NCBI GenBank assembly: GCA_045603865.1
Contig: JAZUMX010000906.1
Span: forward strand, 1-41,280
Source of the DNA: Thermoguttaceae bacterium
GTDB taxonomy: Bacteria > Planctomycetota > Planctomycetia > Pirellulales > Thermoguttaceae
DNA length: 41,280 nt
Direction of reading: 5' to 3'
In this document: one piece after another, positions 1 through 8,608 of the stretch
How the letters are laid out: each line of letters starts with the position of its first letter
How positions within the stretch are numbered: the stretch's first letter is position 1
Translations under genes and position numbers: made by a program
Notes under the pieces: generated by a model
The model's input: only the letters and a program-made list of their open reading frames with translations
What the model was told of the DNA's origin: nothing
Databases searched by the model: none

Positions 1-1
1 G

Positions 2-343
2 GACGAGTTGTCGCACGTCAACGCCAACGGCTGGGGAACGATAACCGAAGACGCGCTCGAAGCGCAGGCGATTGCAGAAGTTTTGCCGGGCGTCCCGGTT
101 GTCGCTCTCAAAGGCGGCATCGGCTACGCGGGCAGCGGATCCTCCGCCGTTGAGATGGTCGCGACCGTTCTCGCTCTGAAAAATGGCGTCCTTCCGCCCG
201 CCAGAAACTATTCTCAGCCAGACCCGAAATGCCCGATCCCGGTCGTTCACGGCGTTCCGACGGCGTCTGACAAACCGTTTGCCTTAACGCTGACGTTCGA
301 CCGGAACGGCGGCGCCGCGGCGATGGTCTTTGAAAAAGTTTGA
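2..343 (+). CDS. beta-ketoacyl-ACP synthase (thiolase-fold KAS I/II) family protein, C-terminal fragment; the 5' end lies outside the window
   Basis: The ORF is open to the window edge. It aligns by eye to the FabF C-terminus (VNAxGxxT...AEAQAI...LKxxxGxxxGxxxAVE...LPP..N...PDP.C). Both catalytic His positions appear substituted (NANG and GYAG). Confidence 0.8.
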   Translation, partial: DELSHVNANGWGTITEDALEAQAIAEVLPGVPVVALKGGIGYAGSGSSAVEMVATVLALKNGVLPPARNYSQPDPKCPIPVVHGVPTASDKPFALTLTFDRNGGAAAMVFEKV

Positions 344-380
344 GAGATTTACTCAAACGAGATACGGCGCTGGACAAATA

Positions 381-419
381 AAAAAAGCGTTTTGCAAGGG
401 TTTGCAAAACGCTTTTTTA
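381..419. terminator. Bidirectional rho-independent terminator between the KAS-like gene and tRNA-Phe
   Basis: Perfect stem aaaaagcgttttgcaa / ttgcaaaacgcttttt with a ggg loop. An A-run lies on one side and a T-run on the other. Confidence 0.85.
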
Positions 420-492
<73 letters not shown>

Positions 493-535
493 AACTGACA
501 ATTAAACAACAGTCGTTGTTCAAATCAATGCGTCT

Positions 536-563
536 ATTTTATTTATTTTCAAATAATTGTCAA
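536..563 (-). promoter_or_regulatory. Candidate sigma70-type promoter for tRNA-Phe
   Basis: On the minus strand: TTGACA, a 16-nt spacer, then TAAAAT. It lies about 45 nt upstream of the tRNA 5' end. Confidence 0.45.
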
Positions 564-755
564 GAGGGGGGGCGGAATTAATTCGGAATTCGGGAAAGCG
601 GGGATATAATTCCCCCCCGTCCTTGAAAGATTCTGGCTTTATGAGATAATACAGTTCAATCAGACGTCGATTTTTCGTTGACTGCTATTGAGAGAACCGG
701 GGAGTTCTCCTGGCTAAACGTCGGCGGCTGGAAACTCGAAACCACTCAATTCGCC

Positions 756-1790
756 ATGGCAAAATTAACCTACAAAGACGCTGGACTCGATTTGGACGTT
801 TACAATCAGGCTATGAAACGCCTGCCGGGACTGATGGAAAAAACCAACTCGCCCCGGGTTATGAAACTCCCGCAAGGGTTTGCAGGGCTGTTTTCTCTGG
901 ATTACAGTTCTCCGCTGATGCGTCGGAACTACGAAGACCCGGTTTTGATTTCCTGTACAGACGGCGTAGGAACGAAGCTCAAGGTCGCGACGCTTATGAA
1001 CAAGCACGACACGGTTGGAATCGACCTGGTCGCCATGAGCGTCAACGATGCAATTTGCTGCGGCGCGGAACCGTTGTTCTTCCTTGATTACGTTGCCATG
1101 GATAAAGACAACCCGCCGCTGCTGGAACAAATCGTTTCCGGCATAGCCGACGGCTGCGTCCAAGCCAACAGCGCGCTGCTGGGCGGGGAAACCGCTATCA
1201 TGCCCGATCTTTACGCGCCCGGCGAGTACGACCTGGCGGGGTTCTGCGTCGGCGTCGCGTCTAAAAAGAACGTCATCGACGGCAAAAAAATCGTCAAGGG
1301 CGACGTTGCTATCGGAATTGCGTCGTCCGGACTGCATTCCAACGGCTTCTCGCTGGTGAGAAAAATCGTCTTTGAGGCCGCCGGGCTGAAAGTTACCGAC
1401 TACGTCGAAGAACTCGGAAAGACGGTTGGCGAAGCCCTTCTGACGCCGACGAAGATTTACGTCAAGCCGATTCGCAAACTTCTGGACAACGATGCGATCG
1501 CGCCATCCATTCACGGTTTAGCGCATATTACCGGCGGCGGATTGCAGGAAAACGTTGACCGCATCATTCCCGAAGGGCTTAAGGCGGTCTTTGAAGAAGG
1601 TTCCTGGCCCGTTCCGGTTCTGTTCAACTGGCTGCAGAAGCTGGGCGAAGTCGAAGACGCCGAAATGGCGCGCGTGTTCAATCGCGGTTTGGGAATGGTC
1701 GTTATTGCCGACCCCGCTTCCGTTGACGCCATCCGCGCTTCTTTGACGGAATCCGGCTGCGAAAACTGGATCGTTGGAAAAATTGAGTAA
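756..1790 (+). CDS. purM: Phosphoribosylformylglycinamidine cyclo-ligase (AIR synthetase)
   Basis: N-terminus MAKLTYKDAGLDLD, then DGVGTKL, the VNDAICCGAEPLFFLDY block and GGETA. The ATG at 756 is preferred over the upstream TTG at 678. Confidence 0.93.
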   Translation: MAKLTYKDAGLDLDVYNQAMKRLPGLMEKTNSPRVMKLPQGFAGLFSLDYSSPLMRRNYEDPVLISCTDGVGTKLKVATLMNKHDTVGIDLVAMSVNDAICCGAEPLFFLDYVAMDKDNPPLLEQIVSGIADGCVQANSALLGGETAIMPDLYAPGEYDLAGFCVGVASKKNVIDGKKIVKGDVAIGIASSGLHSNGFSLVRKIVFEAAGLKVTDYVEELGKTVGEALLTPTKIYVKPIRKLLDNDAIAPSIHGLAHITGGGLQENVDRIIPEGLKAVFEEGSWPVPVLFNWLQKLGEVEDAEMARVFNRGLGMVVIADPASVDAIRASLTESGCENWIVGKIE

Positions 1791-1795
1791 TTTTA

Positions 1796-1914
1796 TTAGC
1801 TGCTAGCTATTAGCCATTAGTTATTAGCTTGTGCATTTGTAGTTCTTAGCGTTAAATTTAAAGCCTGAAATCAAAACAACCAAGCTGGAAGCTAGCAGCT
1901 AGTAGCTAAAAGCT
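1796..1914. repeat. Imperfect inverted pair of heptamer arrays (TAGCTNN x5 / NNAGCTA x5) around a spacer of about 49 nt
   Basis: Left arm tagctgc tagctat tagccat tagttat tagcttg (1797-1831). Right arm caagctg gaagcta gcagcta gtagcta aaagctt (1881-1915). Confidence 0.85.
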
Positions 1915-1956
1915 TTAATTAACAGCTTCCCACAATAATACTTATTGCCTGACACC

Positions 1957-2964
1957 ATGCCTGACCAGCAAGACGTTTGGACTGTTGGACGTTTATTAAA
2001 ATGGACTGCTGACTATTTCGCCCAGCATGGGGTTGACACGCCGCGTCTGGACGCTGAAATATTGCTGGCGACGGCTATGGGATGCGAACGAATTGGGCTC
2101 TATACCAGATTCATGGAAGAAGCGTCCGACGAAGTCCGGGCGAAATATCGAGACTTCGTCAAACGCCGCGCTGCGGGCGAGCCGACGGCTTATCTGACTG
2201 GCGAAAAGGAATTCTACTCGTTGACTTTCAAGGTTACGCCGGATACGCTCATTCCCCGTCCGGAGACGGAGCATCTGATTATCGAAACTCTGGATATTAT
2301 TAAAAAACAGGAACTGGGAGAACCGCAAGAGTCGAAAAATGAAACGGAGTCGGCAGAGCAGACGTCAGAGGATACCGTAACGGACTCCGAAACCGGAGAG
2401 ACGTACATAAAATTCGTCCCCCGCGCCAATCCTCTGCAAGACGTCAAGCTGGATATTCTCGACGTCGGAACGGGTTCCGGAATCATCCCGATAACGTTGG
2501 CGAAACAGCTGCCGTCTTGTCGGTTTGTTGCGGTGGATATTTCTCAGCCCGCTTTGAACGTTGCGAAACAACACGCTCAGCTTCATTCGGTCAGCGACCA
2601 AATCGAATTTCGATATTCAGATTTGTTTTCTGCAATCAAACCAGAGGAAAAGTTCGATTTTATTCTCAGCAACCCCCCGTATATCGGCGAGGAAGAACGC
2701 GAGTCGCTGGACGCCTCCGTTCGCGATTTCGAGCCGGCGACTGCGCTCTTTAGCGGTCCAAAGGGGACGGATTTAATCGAAAAACTGCTGGACCAGGTTT
2801 CCGACCGGCTTAAACCCGGCGGCTGGCTTCTTTTTGAACTCAGCCCAATAATTCATGACCAGATTTTAAATATTCTATCTGAAAACCCTGCTTTAACATA
2901 TATCAAGACGGTTAAGGACTTTGCCGGCTTAAATCGCATCGTCGTCTGTCGAAATAATCGTTAG
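1957..2964 (+). CDS. prmC: Release-factor glutamine N5-methyltransferase (HemK/PrmC family)
   Basis: TPRLDAEILL N-domain, SAM motif ILDVGTGSG and catalytic NPPY. The ATG at 1957 is preferred to the TTG at 1945. Confidence 0.88.
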   Translation: MPDQQDVWTVGRLLKWTADYFAQHGVDTPRLDAEILLATAMGCERIGLYTRFMEEASDEVRAKYRDFVKRRAAGEPTAYLTGEKEFYSLTFKVTPDTLIPRPETEHLIIETLDIIKKQELGEPQESKNETESAEQTSEDTVTDSETGETYIKFVPRANPLQDVKLDILDVGTGSGIIPITLAKQLPSCRFVAVDISQPALNVAKQHAQLHSVSDQIEFRYSDLFSAIKPEEKFDFILSNPPYIGEEERESLDASVRDFEPATALFSGPKGTDLIEKLLDQVSDRLKPGGWLLFELSPIIHDQILNILSENPALTYIKTVKDFAGLNRIVVCRNNR

Positions 2965-3051
2965 AATCGCTATAGTTTATCGTCTGAAATTCCGATATTT
3001 ACAATAGTCGAAAGATATTTGGGCATTATAGCAAGAAGGCTAAGGTGTATA

Positions 3052-3816
3052 ATGAGCGCTGATAGCATATATTCTGGCGATTGGAATTCCTGTCTGACAG
3101 GGTCTCAGATAAACGCATGGAATTTAGAAGACGATATATCTCGTATCGATTCCAGGGCGGAGGACTGTCTTTCAGGGGTTTGGAGCGCTCAAAGCCGCGC
3201 TTCATCAGGATCCAGGTGGAAGACGCCGTCCGACGAGAACGCTTCAGATCCGTTTCGCCGGTTTCAAACGTCTCCTCCCAATCGCATTTCTCCCACGCCT
3301 TTGGCGGATTTATACTCTCTAAGCATTAATCAGGCGGAGGTGAATTCCGAATCGTGGGACGCGACGGAACGCTCGGATTATACAGAGTCGCCTTTTGGAG
3401 AAGAAGACGATTTGCAAAGCATGAAAGAAGTCGAATTCATGCCGCAGGATATGTTTTCGTTTTCCGGGTCCCAATCGTCAGCGTCGTCCCTTGAAACGCT
3501 TAATCGTTCGAGAACGTCGTCTCAAAACGATTTGTTTGATGACGCAGAGTATTCCTCCTCAGATAAATCTGAAGATGAACTAACGCCGAAGCTGCTGGCG
3601 GAAACGCCGAAAAAGAGTCAGATCAAAAGCCCGTTGCTGAGTCTGAGCGTTGGAATGAGCATTTGCGGAGTCGGGCTGGTATTCGGGTCGCAAATCATGC
3701 ACAACGCCACGTTGATCAATCCCGGAAAATCGCTGATAATCGCAGGATTGATTGGTCTGTTGGTATCTGGCGCTTTTCAGGTATTCAAGCGATTTGGCAA
3801 ACGCAAGGCGGCATGA
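3052..3816 (+). CDS. Hypothetical Ser/Asp-rich protein with two C-terminal hydrophobic helices
   Basis: Long ORF with a low-complexity S/D/E-rich body. C-terminal segments LSLSVGMSICGVGLVFG and LIIAGLIGLLVSGAF. Its stop overlaps the next start (ATGA at 3813). Confidence 0.6.
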   Translation: MSADSIYSGDWNSCLTGSQINAWNLEDDISRIDSRAEDCLSGVWSAQSRASSGSRWKTPSDENASDPFRRFQTSPPNRISPTPLADLYSLSINQAEVNSESWDATERSDYTESPFGEEDDLQSMKEVEFMPQDMFSFSGSQSSASSLETLNRSRTSSQNDLFDDAEYSSSDKSEDELTPKLLAETPKKSQIKSPLLSLSVGMSICGVGLVFGSQIMHNATLINPGKSLIIAGLIGLLVSGAFQVFKRFGKRKAA

Positions 3817-6119
3817 AAAAACAGAGCGCAGTCGTTTATGCAATTTTAACGGCGCTCGTTCTTTTGACGACGGCGCAGGTCTTCTCCTGTTTGATATTTA
3901 GTCCGGGAACCGTTCTCGGATATCGAGACGCGTCACATTTTTATTATCCGCTTTTTTTATATCTTCACAGCTGTTTCCAGACGGGCGAAATCCCGTTCTG
4001 GACGCCGTATTTGAATATGGGGTTTCCGCTGGCGGCGAACCCGACAACAGCGTTATTCTATCCGCCGACCTGGATTTTGGCTCTGCCGATTCCCGCGTGG
4101 CTGGCGTTTGATGCGTATATAATTGGTCATGTAATTCTGGCGGCGGGAACGACGTTCTTTCTCGTTCGACGCTGGGGACGCACTGTCGGCGCAGGAATTA
4201 TCGCCGCGATTTCATACGCCTTTGGAGGAATCGTCTTATTCCAGTACTCGAATCTTCCGTATCTGGTTTCCGCCGCCTGGCTCCCGTTGGGCGCATACGG
4301 AATCGAACGCGCTTTGCGAACCCGGCGATTGCGGTACGTCTGTTTATCAGGAATGGTTTTGGCGTTAATGACGCTCGGCGGAGACGTTCAAACCGCGTAC
4401 AATCTGGGAATTCTGGCGTTGTTGTTAGCGTTGATACTTGTATTAAACTCCCGGAAAAAAGCAAAGGATGGTCGTTCTATACTCAAAACCATTTTGGTTT
4501 TAGCGGGAATTGCGATTTGCGGCTTTATCCTGTCTGCAATACAAATTCTGCCAACGGCGGAATTGACGCTTAACAGCGACCGGGTTGATCCCAATGATTC
4601 TATAAAAGCGGCGGAAACGCGATACGCCTTCAGCGTTCCCCCATGGCGAATTTTAGAGTTCGCCGTTCCAGAAGTCTACGGACGTCAATTCCCGGTATAT
4701 CAGCGCTGGATTGACGCGCTGCCTGGCTCGGACGCCGCCTTTTGGGTTCCGTCGCTTTATATGGGAACGGTTCCGTTTTTCCTGGCGTGCTTAAGTGTAA
4801 CGTTCTGTCGCTCCAACAGCCGCCGCATTTGGATTAGCTGGATAGTCGTTCTGGCGTTGTTGGCGTCTATGGGAAGATTTTCTGTTGGATATTTAATCCA
4901 AACGATTGGATACTGGACAGGCGCCGACTATACGCAAAGCGTTTCCTCCGGCTGGGGCGGGCTGTACTGGCTTTTGACGTCGATTTTCCCCGGTTACGGA
5001 ATGTTTCGCTATCCGGCAAAATGGCTGACCGTTGCAGCAATGGGCGTGAGCGTTCTGTCAGCGTACGGCTGGGATCGGCTGTGGAACGATTCTCAGTTCC
5101 GATACCGAATAGTCGTCTGTCTGGGCGCAACGGCGATTGCCGTCATCGCATGGAATTTTATTGCTCCGACCGTTCTTCCCTCTATTACAAACGGATTGAC
5201 AAACGTTCAATACGGACCGTATCAGGGGGAATCAAAGGACATATCGACTTTTTCTCTGCAATTTGTGTCAGCGTTTTTGCTGATTGCCGTTTGCTGTTTG
5301 CTAAAGAATCAAAGCAGCAGACAGTTAAACGCGACAATTGTTGTAATCATTTTTCTACTGGATTTAAGTATATATTCAAATCGTTTGTTGACGCCTGTTC
5401 CAGCGTCGATTTTTGATTCAAAAGCCGTCCAATGTAACGAACCATGCTGGCGTATTTGTCAGCAGGGAACCAACTGGCTGCCGACGGCGTTTCGAGAAAC
5501 CAGTTCCGTAAATCGGGATTCGGAACTGGCGCAGTGGAACAGCGACTCCTTCTACGCCTATAACGGTTTATATCAGCATGCTGCGACGATGCGGTACGGC
5601 GGGACGTTTATGCTGAAAAATTATTCTCAATTTCTTCGAGACGGGCGTCAACGAGGGATCGCGTCGGAAAAGCCGTTTTGTGAACAAATAATGACGTTCG
5701 ACGGCGAGAAAATAAATTTCAAAAAGAACGATTCTTGTCAAACGAATTCCGATTATGAAAACGCCGTCGTCTGGCAGGGAACGAACCGATTTTCCGTTGT
5801 CTGCCGACCGTCTTCCCAAATTCGGATTCCGGAAGCGTACTATCCCGGCTGGAAGGCAACGCTTTCCAGAACAACGGCAGAAGGGCGTCAGGAGACGCGT
5901 CCCGCCCGGGTTTATGAATCCGATGGTCTGTTTTTGACGCTTGACGCGCCGGATTCCGACGTCTGGACGGCAACTTTTCAGTTCTCTCCCCAAAGCGTGT
6001 ACATAGGCGCTGTAATCAGTTTAGGGGGCTGGCTGTCCCTGATTTGCGCTTTTCTGCCTGGAAAATTCGGACGTTTATCCGGTTATTTTCGAAAAAATCG
6101 TAAAAAATCTGGAAAATAG
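3813..6119 (+). CDS. Polytopic membrane protein, YfhO-like (putative glycosyl-transfer/envelope protein)
   Basis: Many hydrophobic helices. The N-terminal region YRDASHFYYPLF...GEIPFWTPYLNMGFPL...LFYPP resembles the YfhO family as I remember it. The ATG at 3813 gives a signal-anchor start, MKKQSAVVYAILTALVLL. Confidence 0.7.
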   Translation: MKKQSAVVYAILTALVLLTTAQVFSCLIFSPGTVLGYRDASHFYYPLFLYLHSCFQTGEIPFWTPYLNMGFPLAANPTTALFYPPTWILALPIPAWLAFDAYIIGHVILAAGTTFFLVRRWGRTVGAGIIAAISYAFGGIVLFQYSNLPYLVSAAWLPLGAYGIERALRTRRLRYVCLSGMVLALMTLGGDVQTAYNLGILALLLALILVLNSRKKAKDGRSILKTILVLAGIAICGFILSAIQILPTAELTLNSDRVDPNDSIKAAETRYAFSVPPWRILEFAVPEVYGRQFPVYQRWIDALPGSDAAFWVPSLYMGTVPFFLACLSVTFCRSNSRRIWISWIVVLALLASMGRFSVGYLIQTIGYWTGADYTQSVSSGWGGLYWLLTSIFPGYGMFRYPAKWLTVAAMGVSVLSAYGWDRLWNDSQFRYRIVVCLGATAIAVIAWNFIAPTVLPSITNGLTNVQYGPYQGESKDISTFSLQFVSAFLLIAVCCLLKNQSSRQLNATIVVIIFLLDLSIYSNRLLTPVPASIFDSKAVQCNEPCWRICQQGTNWLPTAFRETSSVNRDSELAQWNSDSFYAYNGLYQHAATMRYGGTFMLKNYSQFLRDGRQRGIASEKPFCEQIMTFDGEKINFKKNDSCQTNSDYENAVVWQGTNRFSVVCRPSSQIRIPEAYYPGWKATLSRTTAEGRQETRPARVYESDGLFLTLDAPDSDVWTATFQFSPQSVYIGAVISLGGWLSLICAFLPGKFGRLSGYFRKNRKKSGK

Positions 6120-6265
6120 GAAGACTCCCCCCTTCAAATTAACTCTAAAATAGTGGATAATATGATAGGTAAAATATTAAAGATAAAAACAGGTTGATTT
6201 AAGTAGTTAGGGCAAAACTACATGTCATTTGAACTGACAGTTAAAACTTTTAAGGAGACAAATAC

Positions 6266-7402
6266 ATGTTTTCTCACAAATCACTTCAACCAACAATGCG
6301 CCATCGAGGTTTTACGCTCATTGAACTGCTTGTTGTTATTACAATTATTGGCGTTTTGATGTCGCTTATGCTCCCGGCGATTAACGCTGCTCGAGAGGCT
6401 GCGCGTCGTTCTCAGTGCGGCAACAATATCAAGCAGCTGGCTTTGGCTTGCGTTACCTACGACAACACTTACAGGGTGTTTCCCCCCGCAGTGGAAGTGC
6501 TGCCAAACATCAATGTCGCTAACGGTATAACAACCACGGATATTCGCGAGAACTGGGTAATGCTCATTCTTCCTCATATAGACCAGAAGGGTCTGTACGA
6601 CGATATTGAGACGCTTTTCAACGATAGAGATAAAGTAAACGCCAACAAGGACATTGCCAACACAACGTTAAAAGCAACGTTGGCAGGCGATCGAGAAATT
6701 ACCATTATGGATTGCACGGCAACGGTGCTGGAAACGCTTTTGTGCCCAAGCGATCTTGCAGCGCGAAACAAGTTTTCTCCGTCTGGCGCCAATGGCCGCG
6801 AATACGCGCGAGGCAACTATGGAATCAACATGGGTGCGCGATTTGCCAGAGTTTATCCTTTTAATAACGATGGAGCCCGAGCCTGGGGGTATACTCACAA
6901 CCGCGGCGTTTCCGGGATCCATCGCAGTATTGGTCAGGCGGATGTTCGAGACGGCGCTTCCAATACAATTTTGCTCAGCGAGCTGCGAGCTGGCATGAAC
7001 AGCGTCGACTCCCGCGGAGTTTGGGCGATCGGAATTCCAGGCTCCAGCATTACTGCGTGCAACGCCTGGTATGGCGACGACTACGGTCCCAACTGTCTGA
7101 TTACCGCTTCTGACGACATTTGGGGGTGCAACAGCGACAACTGCAAACCCCGTTTGAAAATGCCTTGTTACACCAGCTCGTCTGGAGGCGACCAGGCGAC
7201 AGCTCGTTCTTCTCATGCCGGCGGTGTTCAGACAGCGTTTTGCGACGGTTCCGTTCACTGGATTTCTGATTCCGTTCAGTGCGCTGGAAACCAGGATGAA
7301 GCTAACATCCAAAACATCAACACTCGTTCACAATATATGACAGTTTGGGACAGATTGATTCTTTCCAACGATCAGCAAACTATCAAAGGCGATATGTTTT
7401 AA
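6266..7402 (+). CDS. DUF1559 (H-X9-DG) protein with a prepilin-type N-terminal cleavage/methylation leader
   Basis: GFTLIELLVVITIIGVL...AAREAARR near the N-terminus and C-terminal SSHAGGVQTAFCDGSVHWISDS. RBS aaggag lies 7 nt upstream of the ATG. Confidence 0.9.
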   Translation: MFSHKSLQPTMRHRGFTLIELLVVITIIGVLMSLMLPAINAAREAARRSQCGNNIKQLALACVTYDNTYRVFPPAVEVLPNINVANGITTTDIRENWVMLILPHIDQKGLYDDIETLFNDRDKVNANKDIANTTLKATLAGDREITIMDCTATVLETLLCPSDLAARNKFSPSGANGREYARGNYGINMGARFARVYPFNNDGARAWGYTHNRGVSGIHRSIGQADVRDGASNTILLSELRAGMNSVDSRGVWAIGIPGSSITACNAWYGDDYGPNCLITASDDIWGCNSDNCKPRLKMPCYTSSSGGDQATARSSHAGGVQTAFCDGSVHWISDSVQCAGNQDEANIQNINTRSQYMTVWDRLILSNDQQTIKGDMF

Positions 7403-7489
7403 TTGGGACGAACGGTATATATTCATTCAGATTTTCATTTTATAAAGCCTGATATTCGGGCGTATTCATCAAATACTCAGAGAGACAGA

Positions 7490-8581
7490 ATGAACAATAA
7501 AATTGTGAATATCGAAATGGAGCGCAAATCATTTCGCAAGGCGTTTACGTTAGTCGAATTGTTGGTCGTTATCGCGATTATGGGCGTGTTGATTGCCTTG
7601 TTGTTTCCGGCAATCAACGCGGCGCGCGAGGCGGCAAGACGGTCTTCCTGTGCCAACAGCATCAAGCAGATGGCGTTAGCCTGCCTGAGCTATGAAGGCA
7701 AGTTTCAAGCTCTTCCGCCGGCGGCAAACTTTAAGGATAACACAAAGCTCAAAGAAGAGAACGTTCGCGCCAACTGGATTATACTCGCTCTGCCATTCCT
7801 GGATCAGCAGGCGCTGTTTGACGATATGAATGGCATGCTCAAACAGGTCAATGTTAATGTTGAGACAGACAACGCTACGCCTAAAATTGGTAATACCCAA
7901 TTGGATGCAACCATTACAATGAAAACCTGCCGAGATACTGTAATTCCAGCGTTCCTGTGTCCGTCAGACGGAAACAACAGAAACAAATATGAATCCGTTA
8001 AGACGTCTTTTACGGGCGCTCGCTGCAATTACGGAGCCAACATGGGGCCGTGGGGCGCTCATGAATTATATGCGAAATGGTCTGATAACCTGAAGCATGG
8101 CGTGATGGGGCCAGGAAAATCCATGAAATCGGAACAGATTTTGGACGGCGCCAGCAATACGATTTTGATAGCGGAATTGCGGGCGGGCGTAGTCAGCGTT
8201 GACAGCCGCGGAACCTGGGCTTTAGGCGGCGCAGGTCCAAGCGCTATCGCCTGCTGCGGATATAACGGCGACTCAAAAGGTCCAAATGCAAAAGGAAATA
8301 ACGCAGACGACATTTACGGTTGCTCTAAAGTTCAGGATCAGGTTGACTCCGATCAGCTTCTTCTTATGGGGATGCAGTGCTATGATGGAGAGACTAACGG
8401 AAACACTCAGGCAACCTCGCGCTCCGCTCACCCCGGCGGAGTCCAAACGGCGTTCTGCGACGGTTCCGTTCACTGGATTACAGACGGAATCTCCGTTGGA
8501 ACTAGCGATACCGCATTGGGCGACTGGGATAAACTGCTGCTGCCTTGTGACGGTTATTCGGTTAACACTGCAGATTTCTAA
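7490..8581 (+). CDS. DUF1559 (H-X9-DG) protein with a prepilin-type leader, paralog 2
   Basis: AFTLVELLVVIAIMGVL...AAREAARR and SAHPGGVQTAFCDGSVHWITDG. The start is uncertain (7490 or 7517). Confidence 0.85.
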   Translation: MNNKIVNIEMERKSFRKAFTLVELLVVIAIMGVLIALLFPAINAAREAARRSSCANSIKQMALACLSYEGKFQALPPAANFKDNTKLKEENVRANWIILALPFLDQQALFDDMNGMLKQVNVNVETDNATPKIGNTQLDATITMKTCRDTVIPAFLCPSDGNNRNKYESVKTSFTGARCNYGANMGPWGAHELYAKWSDNLKHGVMGPGKSMKSEQILDGASNTILIAELRAGVVSVDSRGTWALGGAGPSAIACCGYNGDSKGPNAKGNNADDIYGCSKVQDQVDSDQLLLMGMQCYDGETNGNTQATSRSAHPGGVQTAFCDGSVHWITDGISVGTSDTALGDWDKLLLPCDGYSVNTADF

Positions 8582-8608
8582 TATAAACGGATTTTTTAGA
8601 CGCCTTTC

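Noticed and set aside
678-755. N-terminal extensions implied by the ORF track. These are 678 for purM, 3663 for the YfhO-like gene, 7403 for DUF1559-2, 15642 for the 84-aa gene, 36507 for the 168-aa gene and 41113 for the RAYT.
   Set aside because: Internal ATGs fit better. They give family-typical N-termini, signal-anchor starts or clear RBSs. For the RAYT, the extension lies inside the flanking repeat.
765-1514. 249-aa ORF antisense to purM
   Set aside because: It lies wholly within and opposite a gene with unmistakable PurM motifs. Its Arg/Val/Gly-rich composition is typical of shadow frames in GC-rich coding DNA.
1796-1914. Heptamer arrays as a CRISPR array
   Set aside because: The units are 7 nt long and directly abutting, with no spacers of 25-40 nt and no cas genes. 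They do not fit CRISPR.
6668-7312. 214-aa ORF antisense to the first DUF1559 gene. Similar antisense ORFs occur at 9169-9573, 9933-10457, 11252-11734, 12396-12911, 13986-14612, 22988-23608, 28654-29091, 32306-32929 and 34796-35266.
   Set aside because: All are embedded opposite better-supported genes and have biased, Arg/Ser-rich composition.
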